Both the position numbers and the translations under genes were made by a program. This document shows positions 39,724 through 51,089 of a stretch of DNA of 64,000 bases, in pieces; within the stretch, counting starts at the first letter, position 1; every line of letters starts with the position of its first letter. The stretch lies in contig NW_019217817.1 of the NCBI RefSeq assembly GCF_002571385.2, forward strand, positions 753,572 through 817,571, written 5' to 3'. The DNA is from Stylophora pistillata (Eukaryota). Under the pieces are notes generated by a model. That model was not told the DNA's origin and made no database searches. It was given only the letters and a program-made list of their open reading frames with translations.

Positions 39724-39781
39724 CCGTCAGTTCCCATATACAGCTATCCAGTGCTACACAGGAGTTAGCCACGAATTCAAC

Positions 39782-42090
39782 ATGGTTCTTCAGCAGTGTT
39801 TGGCGTGCAACGCAGTGGTAAGATTTAGACGAGATAGGTTGGATTAAGCTTTGAAATTAAGACAATTGGTCCTCCAGAGTTCATGGTTTGGCTCGCAGAT
39901 ATTCAAATTTGTTGTCGGCCGTTAATTTTCATAATCTTGACGGTCTTAGTTCGCTACAATAACGTGTAACACACTAATTCTGCTTAAAACGTTCTAAAAA
40001 CCTTCCCATGAATTACCAAAAATGAAAATAGGAAATCTGCTGATAAACAGTGGCTTAAATCTAGCGTTTCGAGATGAAAAATGGCAAGAAATATCGACAT
40101 TTTATGCGCGTTTGCAAACTTCGTCGAGCGGGCGACACGATGACCGCCGGTCCTTACTGACTTATAATAGGGAACTGTCTACAACGCTCTCTCCGACTCC
40201 AGATAAAGCTTGTAATTTATCTTTCTTCAAATACTCTGGTTTGTCTTTTACAGTGAGCCAGGGTTCGTTTGCTTGCAACCAATGATTACAATGTATATAA
40301 ACAGCATCTTCTTTTGATAGGTTCAAACTTGCTGAGGGCGTAACAATAAAGACATCGAAACCAAACTCTACTGAGAAGCCCTTTCGCTGTTCTGTGGAAA
40401 AAAAATGTTTCGCAATGATTTAAGTTCCGCCACAGTGGACTGTCACTCTACAATTTCGGCTTCTCGGCTATCTGTGTGAACTGGCTGTGAATTCAATTGC
40501 AGTGACTTAAAATATCGGAATCGCCTTGACCCCTATTCCCTTACGCCTTTCCCAGCGAGCCAGACATCTTTGATCAAAACCGATTTTGAAAGCATGCACG
40601 TGTGGAAACAATTTTCCTTTTCGTTGTCACTGAATTCCCAATAAGTTAAACGTTTCCTTTTCAGTCGCTATTCACCCGACCAATTTTCAAACAGCCTGGT
40701 CCATTGGCCGTAACGGGTTGTTTTCAACAAACATCTGACACCATCGTCGCCTATACAAGGCAAGAGTAAATCTTCCTTAAGATGCATGGCCATATTTCTT
40801 TGCCATACAGGTTAAAACCTCGAGTTTAATCTATCCTCTCTGAAGCTGATTAACTCGAAGTTCTTTTGAAATTTCCGATAACAAGGCGTTCTCAAGACGA
40901 ATCCTAAAAAAATGCAAATGAGTGAACTTTTACTTTCGTACAATTTCTAGTGTTGTGTTGAAATGCCGCATTTTTTGAACACGGAAGTTGTAACAAGTTC
41001 TATAAATATTAACACTGTCGACATTTTTGCCACCCTCCTGTAGATAACTGAATCTTGCCGGTCATGCGCATGTGGTCACGTACTCGAAGACGTCAAAGCA
41101 ATCGCGGGGAAAAGGTTCTCAGGCAAGTTTATAGGTCACGCCTGCTTGTCAAATTGGTTTATTTTAAAATTTTAGCTAAAAAAAAAAATCAGCAGACGGA
41201 TAGTATTTCATGTTTTTTTTTTTTTTTTTCTGAAACGGTTAAAAAGTGCGCGTCTGCAGCTATTCATTTTCAAATTGTAATGATGAAAAAGAGCCGTACA
41301 GCCGTAATAAGTACTATTTTTGATCTATTTCTGTTGAGAAAATTACTGAGATACTACGAACAACCTGAATGGTCAAACACTTATCGCTTAAAGCACCAGT
41401 AAACCCAAAGAAAATTGAACTGTATGAACTTCTCGTGTACTCCCAACATTACGCCGGTAAACCGAGAGCAAGTGTGGTGTATTGCCGGCTTAAATAACGA
41501 TGAAAAAGTAGTCGGTGAACTTTGCTGTTGTTTTTCCCACAGAATACCGCATTGAGTTATATTCACGCCTAGAAAATAGGAGAATAAAACAGTTGGTAAG
41601 AAGAAACAAAAAAGCCAGCGGAAAGGAAACTGACCGACAGCCTCTGAAAGAACGCAAGGTATGATTAGGACAAAGAGAAATGAACTCTCCGAAAAAAACC
41701 CATAAAGTAATTCAAATTTTTTTCTCCCTCTTATCGACTTAAGTAAAGAATTAATATAACTGTCACACTTTAAACGTGGACTTCTCTTTAGGGAAATAAC
41801 CATGTACTACTTTTCACTGATAACTTTCGTTTTATATTTTACACTAGAGCAACCCAAAAGAATCCTTAGCTGCTACGGCAGTACTTAAAGCCAAGACCTG
41901 TCCACTTGGTTCTCAAACATTTCACCGAAGAATAAAAGGTAAACGTCTTTCGCGCCCTGTCAACACGCCTTCCAGCGAAACAACTGCTGTGCCACCCGAA
42001 TTAGTGTCCAGGCTTCCGAATGCTCTGCGAGAAATTAACAGAAGATTGACAGGACAGAATTGGATATGGTGGACAATGCAGTTATCATAA
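39782..42090 (+). CDS. C16orf87: UPF0547/C16orf87-like protein, copy F, 157 aa; exons 39782-39817, 41044-41122, 41543-41658, 41848-42090
   Basis: MVLQQCLACNAV|ITESCRSCACGHVLEDVKAIAGKRFS|EYRIELYSRLENRRIKQLVRRNKK...ERK|SNPKES...PPELVSRLPNALREINRRLTGQNWIWWTMQLS; the intron 2 donor is GCAAGT. Confidence 0.85.
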
Positions 42091-43312
42091 AAGCTACAAC
42101 CAGCGGTGAAAGAACCAAGGAGGACATCAATAGGAGAACTGGAACCCACGATGTGAATAAAGTGTCGCTTTTGGATATTATCTAATGGTGCAGCATAAAC
42201 CAAATAGCAATAACTCTGATTGACCGATTTCTCGGTCCAAGGCTGGTTTGAGAACAAAATTTAAAAAACAAAGTGTTAACCGGCTTTCGTGAGAGGAAAG
42301 CAAAGAAAGCCTAAGGTTAAATAATGAAACTGAGAAAAAAACTACATCCCAGCCTGACAGACTTCTTGGGTGCTTTGACTGAAAAGAAAAGTCGAAAAAT
42401 ATTAATGCAAACCTTGATATGGGTAGATTTTGTCTAAGTGAGGAGACAACGGATTTGATAAAATGCAGAGGATTTATCAATAGGCTTTAAAGCTGATGGA
42501 TGATTTGCCGGAAAGACCACACTTTCAAGCAAGGAAGGAAGTTGTCAAGCGTAAAAGCTGTTCCATCCCATAGATAACAAGGAAGTAGTTGATATTTTGA
42601 GCAAAGCCAAAAAAGGTGTCATAAGACTCCTGTTTGATCATGTTGACAAATATTTGTTTCCCCCCAAAAAAAGTTACATCAGAAATGTCTCGAAAATGAA
42701 ACTTATGCGAGTCAAAATAAAAAGTGTGACAAAACGTCTTTAGTGTGCCAGTGAGATAGTATGCAAAGAGTGGAGTAAGAATTCATTAAACTTAAATGAT
42801 TTGTCCAAAGTTGCTATTGAGTACCTATAAAATTACAATCGATCCAATCAGCTTTATCGGACGAGTATGTAAATTGTTTTTTTCTCTGTATGTAGCAACT
42901 GACCGACTGTATCCGTGAAAGAGTGGTGTTGTAATTATACTAGGTATACTGAGTCACACCTCGCGTTTTCAAACATCAATTAATTTTTAGATAATTTCAG
43001 TTCCAGACAGTATACTGCGAAGCGAATTAGAAATGTTGAACATTCAAACGAGAGAAAAGACTTCGACCTTCCAAGTGAAAACTGACTTTAATTTAGATGA
43101 AACTCTTACTCATCTGATTGAAGAAGTAAAAACTAGGGGGCATAGTTTATTGACGTTGCATACTGATATTGTACACCAGAAACAGTCGACTAAATATCTG
43201 TTCCTTACAACATTTAGTTCTCTATCACCTACGGATATCCTGGATCCAAGATCCCGCTTTCCTCCCGATTAGATGAAAGTGGACATGACATCAGTTGTCC
43301 CGCTTCGCCTGC

Positions 43313-43330
43313 TACGTCATAATCATGTGA
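43313..43330 (+). promoter_or_regulatory. Promoter motifs of orphan exon x2 (TACGTCA, TCATGTGA)
   Basis: Block identical to the one upstream of x1; the downstream GCCTTGTCAGCAGGAAATA is also shared. Confidence 0.5.
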
Positions 43331-43473
43331 TCTTACTCCTTTAAATCTGATAAAGCTGTATGATTCAGTGCTTTGTCAGCTTAGTGATATTGCCTTGTCA
43401 GCAGGAAATACCTTATTTTTATAACCCCAACTCAGTCGCCTCGTTGGCCTTGTGTGTGTCAGTGAGTTTACCG

Positions 43474-43509
43474 ATGGCTTTTGATCACTGTATTGCGTGT
43501 AATAAGTTG
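43474..43509 (+). other. Orphan first exon x2 (MAFDHCIACNKL): alternative first exon of copy G, or pseudogene remnant
   Basis: 36 nt, ATG, CIACNK, donor GTAAGT; paralogous to 31547-31582. Confidence 0.7.
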
Positions 43510-44101
43510 GTAAGTTGTTATATGAGTGAATTTTAACTAGCTATGTCAATTCCGAGTGCCAGATTAATTTCAAACGACATCTGAAAAGCGTAAGTTCCGG
43601 ACGGATTTTTTGCCAATTTGGACAGTTTTATCTTTAATACAGTAACAAATCGAGCACAGGTAAACAAGCCTGACTTTTGAAGGTAATGATGGTTCACTAA
43701 AACGTGTCTAACTAACCGGAAATTGATTCATTCATAGTGCACCATTTATGCGAAATAGACCTCTGCTATATCCTACGGAAAATTTGAAAATCAAAGTTAC
43801 TCTTTAAGCTCTGGACAAGACTTTTTCTTAAAATAACTGCTTAAAATCATGCCATGTGTAAATGCTGTCCTTTTTGTTTTATTCGTAAACGTTTTTATGA
43901 TATTCGCAAGTTTCCGTCAAACACTACTCGTTTATCGTCACACCTGGGAAGAACTCGCCTGACACGATTTCGTGGTCACGACTTCTTCTCTCTGATAACG
44001 CGATGCAAGTTTAGATTCCATTCGAAATATGCGAAAAAGCTACTTTTGTGGTTTAGTTGACCCTAAAGCAAGATCGAATACCACAAATCAATGCAAAAAA
44101 A

Positions 44102-44343
44102 CAGGGCCGAGTTGTTCAAAACACTATTAACCTAACCCGGGGTTAGTGTAAATTTTTAATCTAGTTTTATAGCTCTGCAAAGAGATTTCGTTTTGTAATT
44201 TTTCCCTTTAGTTTCGAGTCATATTGAGAGTAGAACCAACAAAGCCTTAGCTCTTATACGCGCTCTTCTGCATTAGAAATTAAAGCCAAGGTTAACTCTA
44301 AATCCCAGATTAGCTTCAACCCCTTTCGAACAACCCAGCCCTG
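44102..44343. mobile_element. MITE, ~240 bp
   Basis: Imperfect terminal inverted repeats CAGGGCCGAGTTGTTCAAAA and TTCGAACAACCCAGCCCTG. Confidence 0.65.
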
Positions 44344-45176
44344 AGGAACAAGGAATACCAAATTAAAATAGAGGTTGCTACTCAACCCCAATTTCTTTCC
44401 GGCCATTCAAAGTTCTTGACAGAATTACCTTTGCATAAATCAAACCATTTAAATGTAATTCAACATCGCTACAACATTTTAAGTCAATTGTTTCGTGTAT
44501 AAAAAACTATGAAATATTAGCTTTTCAAAACACCTAACACCCAAACGGAAAGAACGACTCAGAAACGAACGCGGATGATGATTGACTTAGAATGAAGAAT
44601 AAATTTTTCAAGGTGCGCAAATTACCACAAACCGTTTGTTACGTTAAATTCTCTGGAGAAATTGTTAATTCACGGTCATGAAGTTATTGGGGCCGAGTTT
44701 GGAAGGTTTTTCCTTTAATTTTTTCATGATGTTCCGCAGAGTTTAACAATACACTAGGAATCAGATAAAGTTAATACCCTATGCAGTATATAATTGCTTA
44801 GTGACAAGCCAGTACAATCCTACCAGAATGGGTTCTCATGCGATAGCGTTTCTTCGACTTTCTAACAAGTGAATGCTGATTTACTTCAACCTTTTATTTT
44901 TCATTTTGTAGTAAGAGAAAGTCAACAACATTGATGCTACTTCTTCCACGCATCCACGGTTTGGTTTTTTTTTTTTTTTTTTTCAGAGTAAAGCATGCAT
45001 TACATACCGATCATTAAAATAAGGAAATAAGGATGCATTACATACCAATCATTAAAATAAGGAAGTCAATATTTAAATTAATACAGTGAGAATAGAAGTT
45101 CTGCGTCAAAGGAGACCGTATACTATAAAAATGGTCTGAATAAATGCATAGTTTCGTAACAGAAAGTTAATACTAA

Positions 45177-45270
45177 AATAGCCCATTTCCGAATTACCCT
45201 CGGCCTCATTTTCAAAGCACCAGGACTCGTTTTGAAAACGAGGCCAAGGGTAATTCGGAAATGGGTTATT
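45177..45270. mobile_element. 94-bp palindromic MITE
   Basis: AATAGCCCATTTCCGAATTACCCTCGGCCTCATTTTCAAA versus TTTGAAAACGAGGCCAAGGGTAATTCGGAAATGGGTTATT. Confidence 0.7.
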
Positions 45271-45482
45271 ATGTGATTGTGTGGTGTACATCGATGGTCA
45301 ACTTTGCTATTCTTCATTGGAAACACAGCCCTTTCGGCTTTGTTATACAGTCGGGAGAAAACTAGCTGGATATTTTTCTTTTTTGATAGAACTATTTTTT
45401 TAAGTCATCTTGTGTCCCAGCAAAAGCAGCCCATTTCTTGCACCTTTACACCTGCCTTGTTTACAATCAATTAAAATTTGGC

Positions 45483-45494
45483 CACGTGACGTCA
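45483..45494 (+). promoter_or_regulatory. Overlapping E-box and CRE upstream of copy G
   Basis: CACGTGACGTCA, 130 bp before the ATG. Confidence 0.55.
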
Positions 45495-45623
45495 CTCGGT
45501 ACCGAGGCAGACTGGCGTGTGGCTTATTATCATAGCTCATATGTTTGTGAAAGTGAGTGAGTCCTAACGCGCAGAAACCCAGACATAATCAACTACAGAT
45601 TCTGCGATCTTTGCTATGACAAA

Positions 45624-48244
45624 ATGGTCCTTCAACAGTGTTTGGCCTGTAACTCAGTGGTAAGATTACAAAACTCCAGACTTTTGAGACACTATTTTGG
45701 ATGAATCCGCTCTTCGCAGCTGCTTGTCTTGGCTGTGGTTTGAATATTCAAATTTGCCGTCGTCTGCAAATTTGTAATTTGTCTTCCTTTCTTCTCTTTC
45801 TCATCGTACCAAAACTCGGCTAAGATTTTGTAAAATCGTCTTGCCTTGTATTTTTCCCAAATTAAGTTTGCTATTGATATTTTCCGAGTTCATTAGTCGA
45901 TTTTTCATGAGTCGATCTTCGCGAAGTTCACATTTGAGAAAGATCTAGATGCTCCTCCCTTTCTAGAGCTGAATGATAAACACGCGTGGAAATGCTTTAC
46001 CACAATGCCTTTGGTAAAGCTCTTATTTTCAAAATAGACTTAAAGTTGAAGTAAATATCGTAACAACTATGATTCTGAACAACCGGAAAGCAAAAATCAG
46101 GAAAAAAAAAAACAAAAAAAAAAAAAACAGACTAAACCATTGCGAGCCTGTTCGACCTAGAGTTTAATATGCTGCTCACATGACTTAGCATCTCAGCTTA
46201 AAAGGCGGAATGAATCCAGCAAGCTTATCCCTGAAAAGAATTGACTGCACTGAAGTAGGACTAAAAAGGTTATTTTTATTTTTAAACTGCTTGCATGCTC
46301 CGCACCATTTCTATTGATGTGGGCGCAAACATAAGTGGAGAATTGGATCTCAGTGCTAATCAAAAAAACGCCCAAGTGGTAACGACTTTAATTTTCTCGT
46401 TCTCTTATCTCACTCAGAAGACAGACTCGTGCACTTCATGTGCATGCGGCCACGTGTTTGAGCACTGTAAGCTGATTGGTGGAAAGAGATTTTCCGGTAA
46501 GCCCTAACCATTATATAGTAGATAGCCCTCAAAGCGGGGAAGTTTTCTCATTATTCTGCATTTTATTTTTATTATTTTTGTGAATATAATTCGCGTCTTG
46601 TAGTTACAAGTCCGGCGATGTATACAACTCTCATAATCAATAACTAAAGCTATCGAGAACTCAGACTCATTTTCACTACCCAGTCGCTTCCATACGATGA
46701 CTATTTGATATATCCTCCGGTAGCTTACTCGCTTCCAAGTATCATTTATTCTTTTCCGATGCTTAAAATGACGTTAAAAGTCTCTTATTTTTGTTGTTAT
46801 AATTCCTAACTCAAATGCGTTTTGGGATTGAAGGAGAGCGTGTCATGTGCTACGGGTCAAACTAACTCATCAGGAAAACAGTAGCTTAAATTTATAACAA
46901 TCAATCGAAATCTGAAACATTTTGCAATTAAGTAGTAAGGTAACAATTTGCCCTATTTTTGAGTTGGGGGTAAATTCTTAATGACTGCCTGTTTCCATGG
47001 GAAACAGTGAGTTTTGTTCAGTTCTCCGAGCCCTCAATGTTCTCCTCAGCGTCGCTTAAGGGAATATTGGGGGCTTGGGGAAAACAAAACAAACAAGTTC
47101 CCTTAAAGATCAGTCATTAAGTGCTCATTCAAATGAATTCCCATGTTGGAAAAATCCCGAAGGAAGAGTATAAATCTCTCCATATGCCAGTTTTAAAACA
47201 ATCTACCAATTGAACTATGACGTCACTATCCCTCTTTTCTTTTTTTCAGAATATCGAATGGAGCTATATTCTCGTTTGGAAAACAGAAGAGTGAAAAGAC
47301 TCACTCGGGAAAAAAGCAAAGAAACAGAGAATACTAAACAGACACGACACAAGGTCAGGGAAGTAGTCTAGCACCGGGAAAGCTAAAGGTTCCCGCTTTC
47401 ATTGGTTTACTTGACACTAAGGGAAAACAACTGAGGAGATAAATTAGTATTACTCATCAAGCTTATATCTCCGTTTCATAGAAACCACGCGCTTTCAAGT
47501 CGTATCGAAGTGTTAGTAATCCTACAAAATTTCCACCTTCACATTTCTTCAAAGGAAAGATTAATTTCGGTCCTTATTGGAGACGTCCGCGGGTAGAAAT
47601 CGATCGATGTTGCTATGCTTCCTTGCAAACGAAAGCTGTGCAGCTATTTTTCTCCTTAACGTTTTAAGCTCCGTTATTTGCTATGTGGGTTGATTAAGGG
47701 TTTTGAATCCCTCCCTCCTTGACGATCCTTCAAGCATGTTAAGCTTTTAATTCCCATTACGTTTGAATAAAGGATTTTGATTACTTGCAAACTTATCTAC
47801 TTACTCCCCTTGTATTCTGTTTTCTTAATCATCGTCTATTGACTTTATTCGACAGTTTTTCCGATATGACGATAGTTTTGTAAGACGCAAAAAAAAAAAA
47901 AAACAAAAAAAAAAAATGAGTAAAAATTACCAAAATGTCATAACATCTTTTTCTATTATGTATGAATACTGATCAAGCACTTGTCTTATTCCTAGACCAG
48001 GGAAGCGACAGATCAGACATCAGCAGCCATGCATTTATCCCTTAAACAAAGAACAAAGACACCCAGCCAATCTGTTAACCGACGGATGAAAACCAAACCA
48101 TTTCCACGCACAACTGGCTCTACAGCAAGCAAAACGTCCCTTCCCCCAGAATTAGTGTCCAGGCTTCCTAATGCCCTTCAGGAAATCAACAGAAGATTGA
48201 CAGGACAGAATCTGATATGGTGGACAGTTCGCTGGCTGCAATAA
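45624..48244 (+). CDS. C16orf87: UPF0547/C16orf87-like protein, copy G, 155 aa; exons 45624-45659, 46418-46496, 47250-47353, 47996-48244
   Basis: MVLQQCLACNSV|KTDSCTSCACGHVFEHCKLIGGKRFS|EYRMELYSRLENRRVKRLTREK...RHK|TREATD...PPELVSRLPNALQEINRRLTGQNLIWWTVRWLQ; GT-AG introns. Confidence 0.87.
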
Positions 48245-50933
48245 CCATTCAAACATTTCAAGTTACTGAAAAACGACTTTCAAAACTTGAAATATTTCAC
48301 ATTCCCTATGAGCCTCAGAGTGGATTACAGTCAACTGAGTCACGATATCAATTCTGAAACTATTCAAGACTGTACTGATATTTCCGTCTTTAGATGGGCG
48401 TCAAAAAGGCGGGGTATTTTATTTGAACTGATTAACAAGTTCGTGTGTCTTTCCGCACGAATGCAAAGCATTCCAAATGATTGTAGTCGTTGGTTGGGAG
48501 TTCATCCAAGCAAAGGTGACCCGCCTAAAGATACTGTCCTTTTGTACTTGTAAGATGCCAGGCATTCTTTTTCATTTTAGTACGTCTGTTATCTGTAAAT
48601 AAACAAAGCCAAGATTAGAGTGCACTTGGAGAATTGGTGATTTTAGGGACTATGTAAAGAAGTTATTGCATAAAGCTGTGAGAGAATCACACACCATTTC
48701 AAAAAAAAAAAAAACACTAATTTGATAGTGACGACGATTACTTTTTTCTTATTCATATTCTACATGCTGTTAACGAGACTACCATCGTATACATTACGAT
48801 ACTGCTATAGGGTAGCATACGATATTTCAGTTACTTTCTCTTTTTGCACAAAAAATATTAAATATGGTAGTTTTTTTATAACACAAAGAAACACAACAAA
48901 CGAAATGTAATAACATTTAACATAACAGCACCTACGCTACTTTCGATGCAATTTTTGCACTATTTTTATTTTCGCAATACCGATTATCTTTCACTACTTG
49001 CGACATAAATGATAAAACCAGTAAAAATTAAAATATTAACACCAAAAACAATGGTGTAGCTAGTGTTACTTACGGTATTCAATTGCGAGCAATACAACAC
49101 TCTTACAGGACAGGCGATGGTGACTTCACGTGTACAAGCTAGTTTGTATAAAGCACAGTGAAAAATTCTTAATCATTTTAACCATAAGAAGACAGCTGAA
49201 GCCAAGGTAGATAGCTATAAATGTAGCGTAATTTTATAGCAATTAAAATTTTGAAACTGTTTGAAAGTGAAAAGCCAGGGGGAAGGATTTAAACTCTGGC
49301 AAGTCAGTCATATTGCGGAATACTGAATTATGGCTCGATTCCATATGTTGTGGCGGTTTTGTCATGACAATAACATGTAAATGTATCAAATGAAAACAAT
49401 GAAAAAACTATGATAATTCTTATCGTAGATGCGCTGACCCTAGAAGAAAAATAGTTTCAAAGTGAGAAATATTGGAGTAAATGCAAAAATGTCTTCCGGA
49501 TCCGGAGTCACTATTCATCATCCAGAAATTGTGACTCTTTTAGGCATTTCTACGTTAATTATACCTTTTCTCGTTTTGTCTTGAGTTCAAACAATGATTT
49601 TTTTTATTACATCACACTTCATTACGGCAATAACTGCTACACGAAATCATGTGGGACCAAGAAAATCATATTAAAATGGTTTTCAAGTGATGTAATCTTT
49701 GCCCATTCCACTTCAGTTCCTTATCACAACGTTTAGTTGCCGGCCGTGCCTCAACAGTTTGAAATGAAAGAAATGTTGTAAGTAACCCTTGTTCTTTAAA
49801 GGAAATTATGAAACGGGTTCTCAATTATTCGAAATTTTAGCGAACGCACGTAAGAAACAGTTTATATCTAATTAATAGTTATGAGTGGCAACTCCAAACA
49901 AATGCAGGCGTTTTAGATTTTAAATATTTGATAAGCTATATCAGAAAAAATTCACGATTGTACAATTTTTCGCCTATGTACGTCACAGCCCATTATACTC
50001 GTGACAACTGATTTCTTATTTCCTATTTGACCATTCTCAAGCCGACACAGGAAGCTTGTCAATGGTTTTTCTACCAAGCTCATTAGAGTTTTCTTTTACC
50101 GAAATGATCTTCGACTAGTTCCCTGACGGCGAAAAGAATAAAAGAACAAGCGATTAGGTACTCCTTATCCTTACTCAGTTACTTTGTTGACATATTTTCT
50201 GATAAGAAGTGAAAAAAGAACAACGATTTTTTTTTTTTTGCATTAAACTGCCCTTCAATCCAGGCAATAGAAAAGCGATTATTACATAGCATTCCTGCTC
50301 ATAATGGAATGATGCCCATCGTGGTCTGTATATGAGCTCAGTGTCTTCGGCCACTGGATTTTCTTTTGACATAGATAGGGCATACACTTGCAAATGGATA
50401 TTGCTGAACTAAACAAAAGTTATTTTTAAAATATGAAAGACACCATGCGTCATGCGACTGTAAGGTCACATCAAGTCCGCACAGACAATAGCACTTCGGT
50501 CGGGCGCCAAGATTCTGAGATCGGGACAATAACTCGACCTAATCTACTAAAAATTTAAGGAAAGAGCAGATGAAAGAATTAATTTGCCAAAAAGACCATT
50601 AATAATTTTCCCTTTATAGTATTTTGCTAAAAAATTTTTAGATGGCCGATCGCCCACTTCAGCCTTTATAATTTCTGATACTTAAGATCCATTGAGGGTC
50701 AAACAAGTCAGTGCAAGTAAAACCGGTTTTACTTACTAAGTTCGTTCGTTACGTGGGATAAGTGAATTGGCCCGTAAAAAAAAATATCCTTCCAGCTTTG
50801 TCGTCGTATCCTTTTGATCTGCCGTAAATTCAGGCATTTCGATTTCTTTTTCAAAAAAGAAATAATTATGAAACGATTCTTTGAAAATGAAATAATCATT
50901 AGTTTTCGATTTGTAAAAGCCGAGACAGTGGTT

Positions 50934-51010
50934 CTTTGCGCAACTTGACACTGAATAAGCCACAAGCCGGTTTGCGTGGTGGTGTGACGTCACGACGAAA
51001 ACAGCTCGAA
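50934..51010 (+). promoter_or_regulatory. Promoter of copy H: inverted C/EBP-CRE cassette
   Basis: TTGCGCAA at 50936-50943 and TGACGTCA at 50985-50992; the segment aligns to the reverse complement of ~39633-39706. Confidence 0.6.
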
Positions 51011-51089
51011 ATCGATTACTTCACTACAAACCTTCAGTTCCCATATCAAGTACTGCATGAGAGTAGGCTGAGCAAGCCACAAATTCACC

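Noticed and set aside
43941-44000. RGHDF as a decayed exon 2 for orphan x2
   Set aside because: No acceptor, no GKRFS and no donor; the paralogous segment near 32040-32130 does not keep the motif.
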